Program-made: the position numbers and the translations under genes
Shown: positions 62,981 to 64,000 of the stretch, in pieces
How the letters are laid out: every line of letters begins with the position of its first letter
Position numbering within the stretch: the first letter of the stretch is position 1
Notes under the pieces: model-generated
What the model saw: the letters and a program-made list of their open reading frames with translations, nothing else
Told to the model about the DNA's origin: nothing
Databases searched by the model: none
Origin: Camelus ferus
Lineage: Eukaryota
DNA: 64,000 nt
Direction: 5' to 3'
NCBI RefSeq assembly: GCF_009834535.1
Contig: NC_045719.1
Location: forward strand, 13,082,001-13,146,000

Positions 62981-63033
62981 AAGAGCAGCTGAACAGGGAA
63001 ACCAAGGGCAGAGGTTGCATCCTTTATTTCATA

Positions 63034-63413
63034 TGTTATAAAAAAGGACCCCAGACCCCAAAATGGAGTCCCTTACGCTAAGACCCTCTTCCCCAACTGA
63101 AACTTAATTATAGTTTTGGCTCTTCCAGAAATAGAATTTTAAAGTAGTCAGTTAGGAATTGCCTGATCAGTACTAGTTAAGTAAGTAATCTCCCTGCTAG
63201 ACTCCTGTCATCCCCTAAAGGAAAGTAGTTTTACAGTAACAGACCCATTTTTTCCGCCTCGTATAACTTCCTTGTTCCTGTTCCCTCCTGGCTGTGAACG
63301 TCTTTCATTTTGTACAGCTGTCTGCTAGATTGGATGCTGCCCAATTCAAGTTAATTTTTCCTCAAAATAAACTCTTAAAATTTTAAAAATATGCTTCAGT
63401 TTATCTTTTAACA
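63034..63413 (+). mobile_element. ERV1 (MER4-group) solo LTR with perfect 4-bp TSD CATA
   Basis: tgttataaa...ttttaaca, 380 bp, with 'cata' on both sides (63030-63033, 63414-63417). Contains 'aaaatggagtc' and 'aaataaactc'. Confidence 0.85.
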
Positions 63414-63560
63414 CATAGAAGTGACCTTGGAAATAGTAGACTTCTCATCTCTAAATTAAGGTTAATATTGGCCATATCAATCATTTGTTGTAAGGATTAG
63501 ACAAGATAATTAATATGAGTTGCTTAGTAAAACTCCTAGCACACAGTAAAACTGCTAAGT
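63414..63560 (+). mobile_element. MIR (3' part, apparently split by the LTR at 63034-63413)
   Basis: 'gtgaccttggaaa...ttctcatctctaaat...gttgtaaggatta...ctagcacacagtaa'. Confidence 0.5.
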
Positions 63561-63589
63561 ACACTTTTATTTCTTTTTCCCTACCACCG

Positions 63590-63805
63590 AACACGTGAGT
63601 CCGTGAGCTTTCAGCTGATTATAGCCACCGATCCTGGAATCTTCCAGGTGGGCCAGATGAGGCCCCAGACACTGTGGAAGAGACACATCATCCCAGCTAT
63701 GCCCTGTTTAAATTTCTGACACTTCAGAGTCCATGAACGTAACAAGTGATTGTTTTACACCGTAAGTTTTATGCTAACTTGTTATCCAGCATTAAATAAC
63801 TAGCA
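63590..63805 (+). mobile_element. MaLR LTR (old MLT1H/I/J-like) 3' half
   Basis: 'gaggccccagacactgtggaagagaca...gctatgccctgtttaaatttctgac...tgattgttttacaccgtaagtttt...ttgttatccagcattaaataact'. Confidence 0.6.
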
Positions 63806-64000
63806 CTCCCCAACCTGAAATGTGAAGTCTAAGCCTGGATTTGTTAGCAGAGACTAGAGATGATAAGGGCCATTCAGTATGCATATAGACTTGTAAGTTC
63901 ATTGTTTGACCAAGACTGGGAAGACTGGGGTGCCTAATAGCAAATAGTTTAAATGTTCATTCAGAGTCTCAGGTCAACGCAAAGGGCTTAAAGCCAGGAC

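Noticed and set aside
1-64000. rRNA, tRNA, CRISPR arrays or prokaryotic-type systems
   Set aside because: None seen. The only tRNA-related sequence is the 18-nt retroviral PBS, and there are no regularly spaced direct repeats.

Overview
Mammalian genomic DNA, AT-rich and repeat-dense, from a draft assembly with four N-gaps. The L1 3' ends look cetartiodactyl, and I saw no Alu, B1/B2, Bov-tA/A2, PRE-1, CHR-2 or SINEC copies, so a camelid is the most likely source (inference). I found no credible protein-coding exon; the six-frame ORFs are artefacts of repeats, GC-rich DNA or gaps. The genic landmark is a CpG-island promoter (about 20.55-21.13 kb). It has a + strand, apparently non-coding first exon (donor GAG|GTAAGG at 20921/20922) and a candidate 63-nt second exon 18.8 kb downstream (39758-39820). 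This layout fits my unverified recollection of the TMEM200A 5' UTR, head-to-head with a long SAMD3 isoform, with the coding exon beyond the window. The rest is L1, L2, MIR, MaLR (MLT1), ERV1/ERVL LTRs and MER5A/MER20 DNA transposons. The most striking structure is at 52556-55010 (- strand): a compact, internally deleted ERV1-type provirus. It keeps both LTRs, a tRNA-Leu primer-binding site, a polypurine tract and a decayed gamma-type env TM region (CX6CC), with no recognisable gag or pol. A MER41-like solo LTR interrupts it; that LTR keeps YY1, ETS and STAT/BCL6 motifs and lies in the sense orientation of the host intron.
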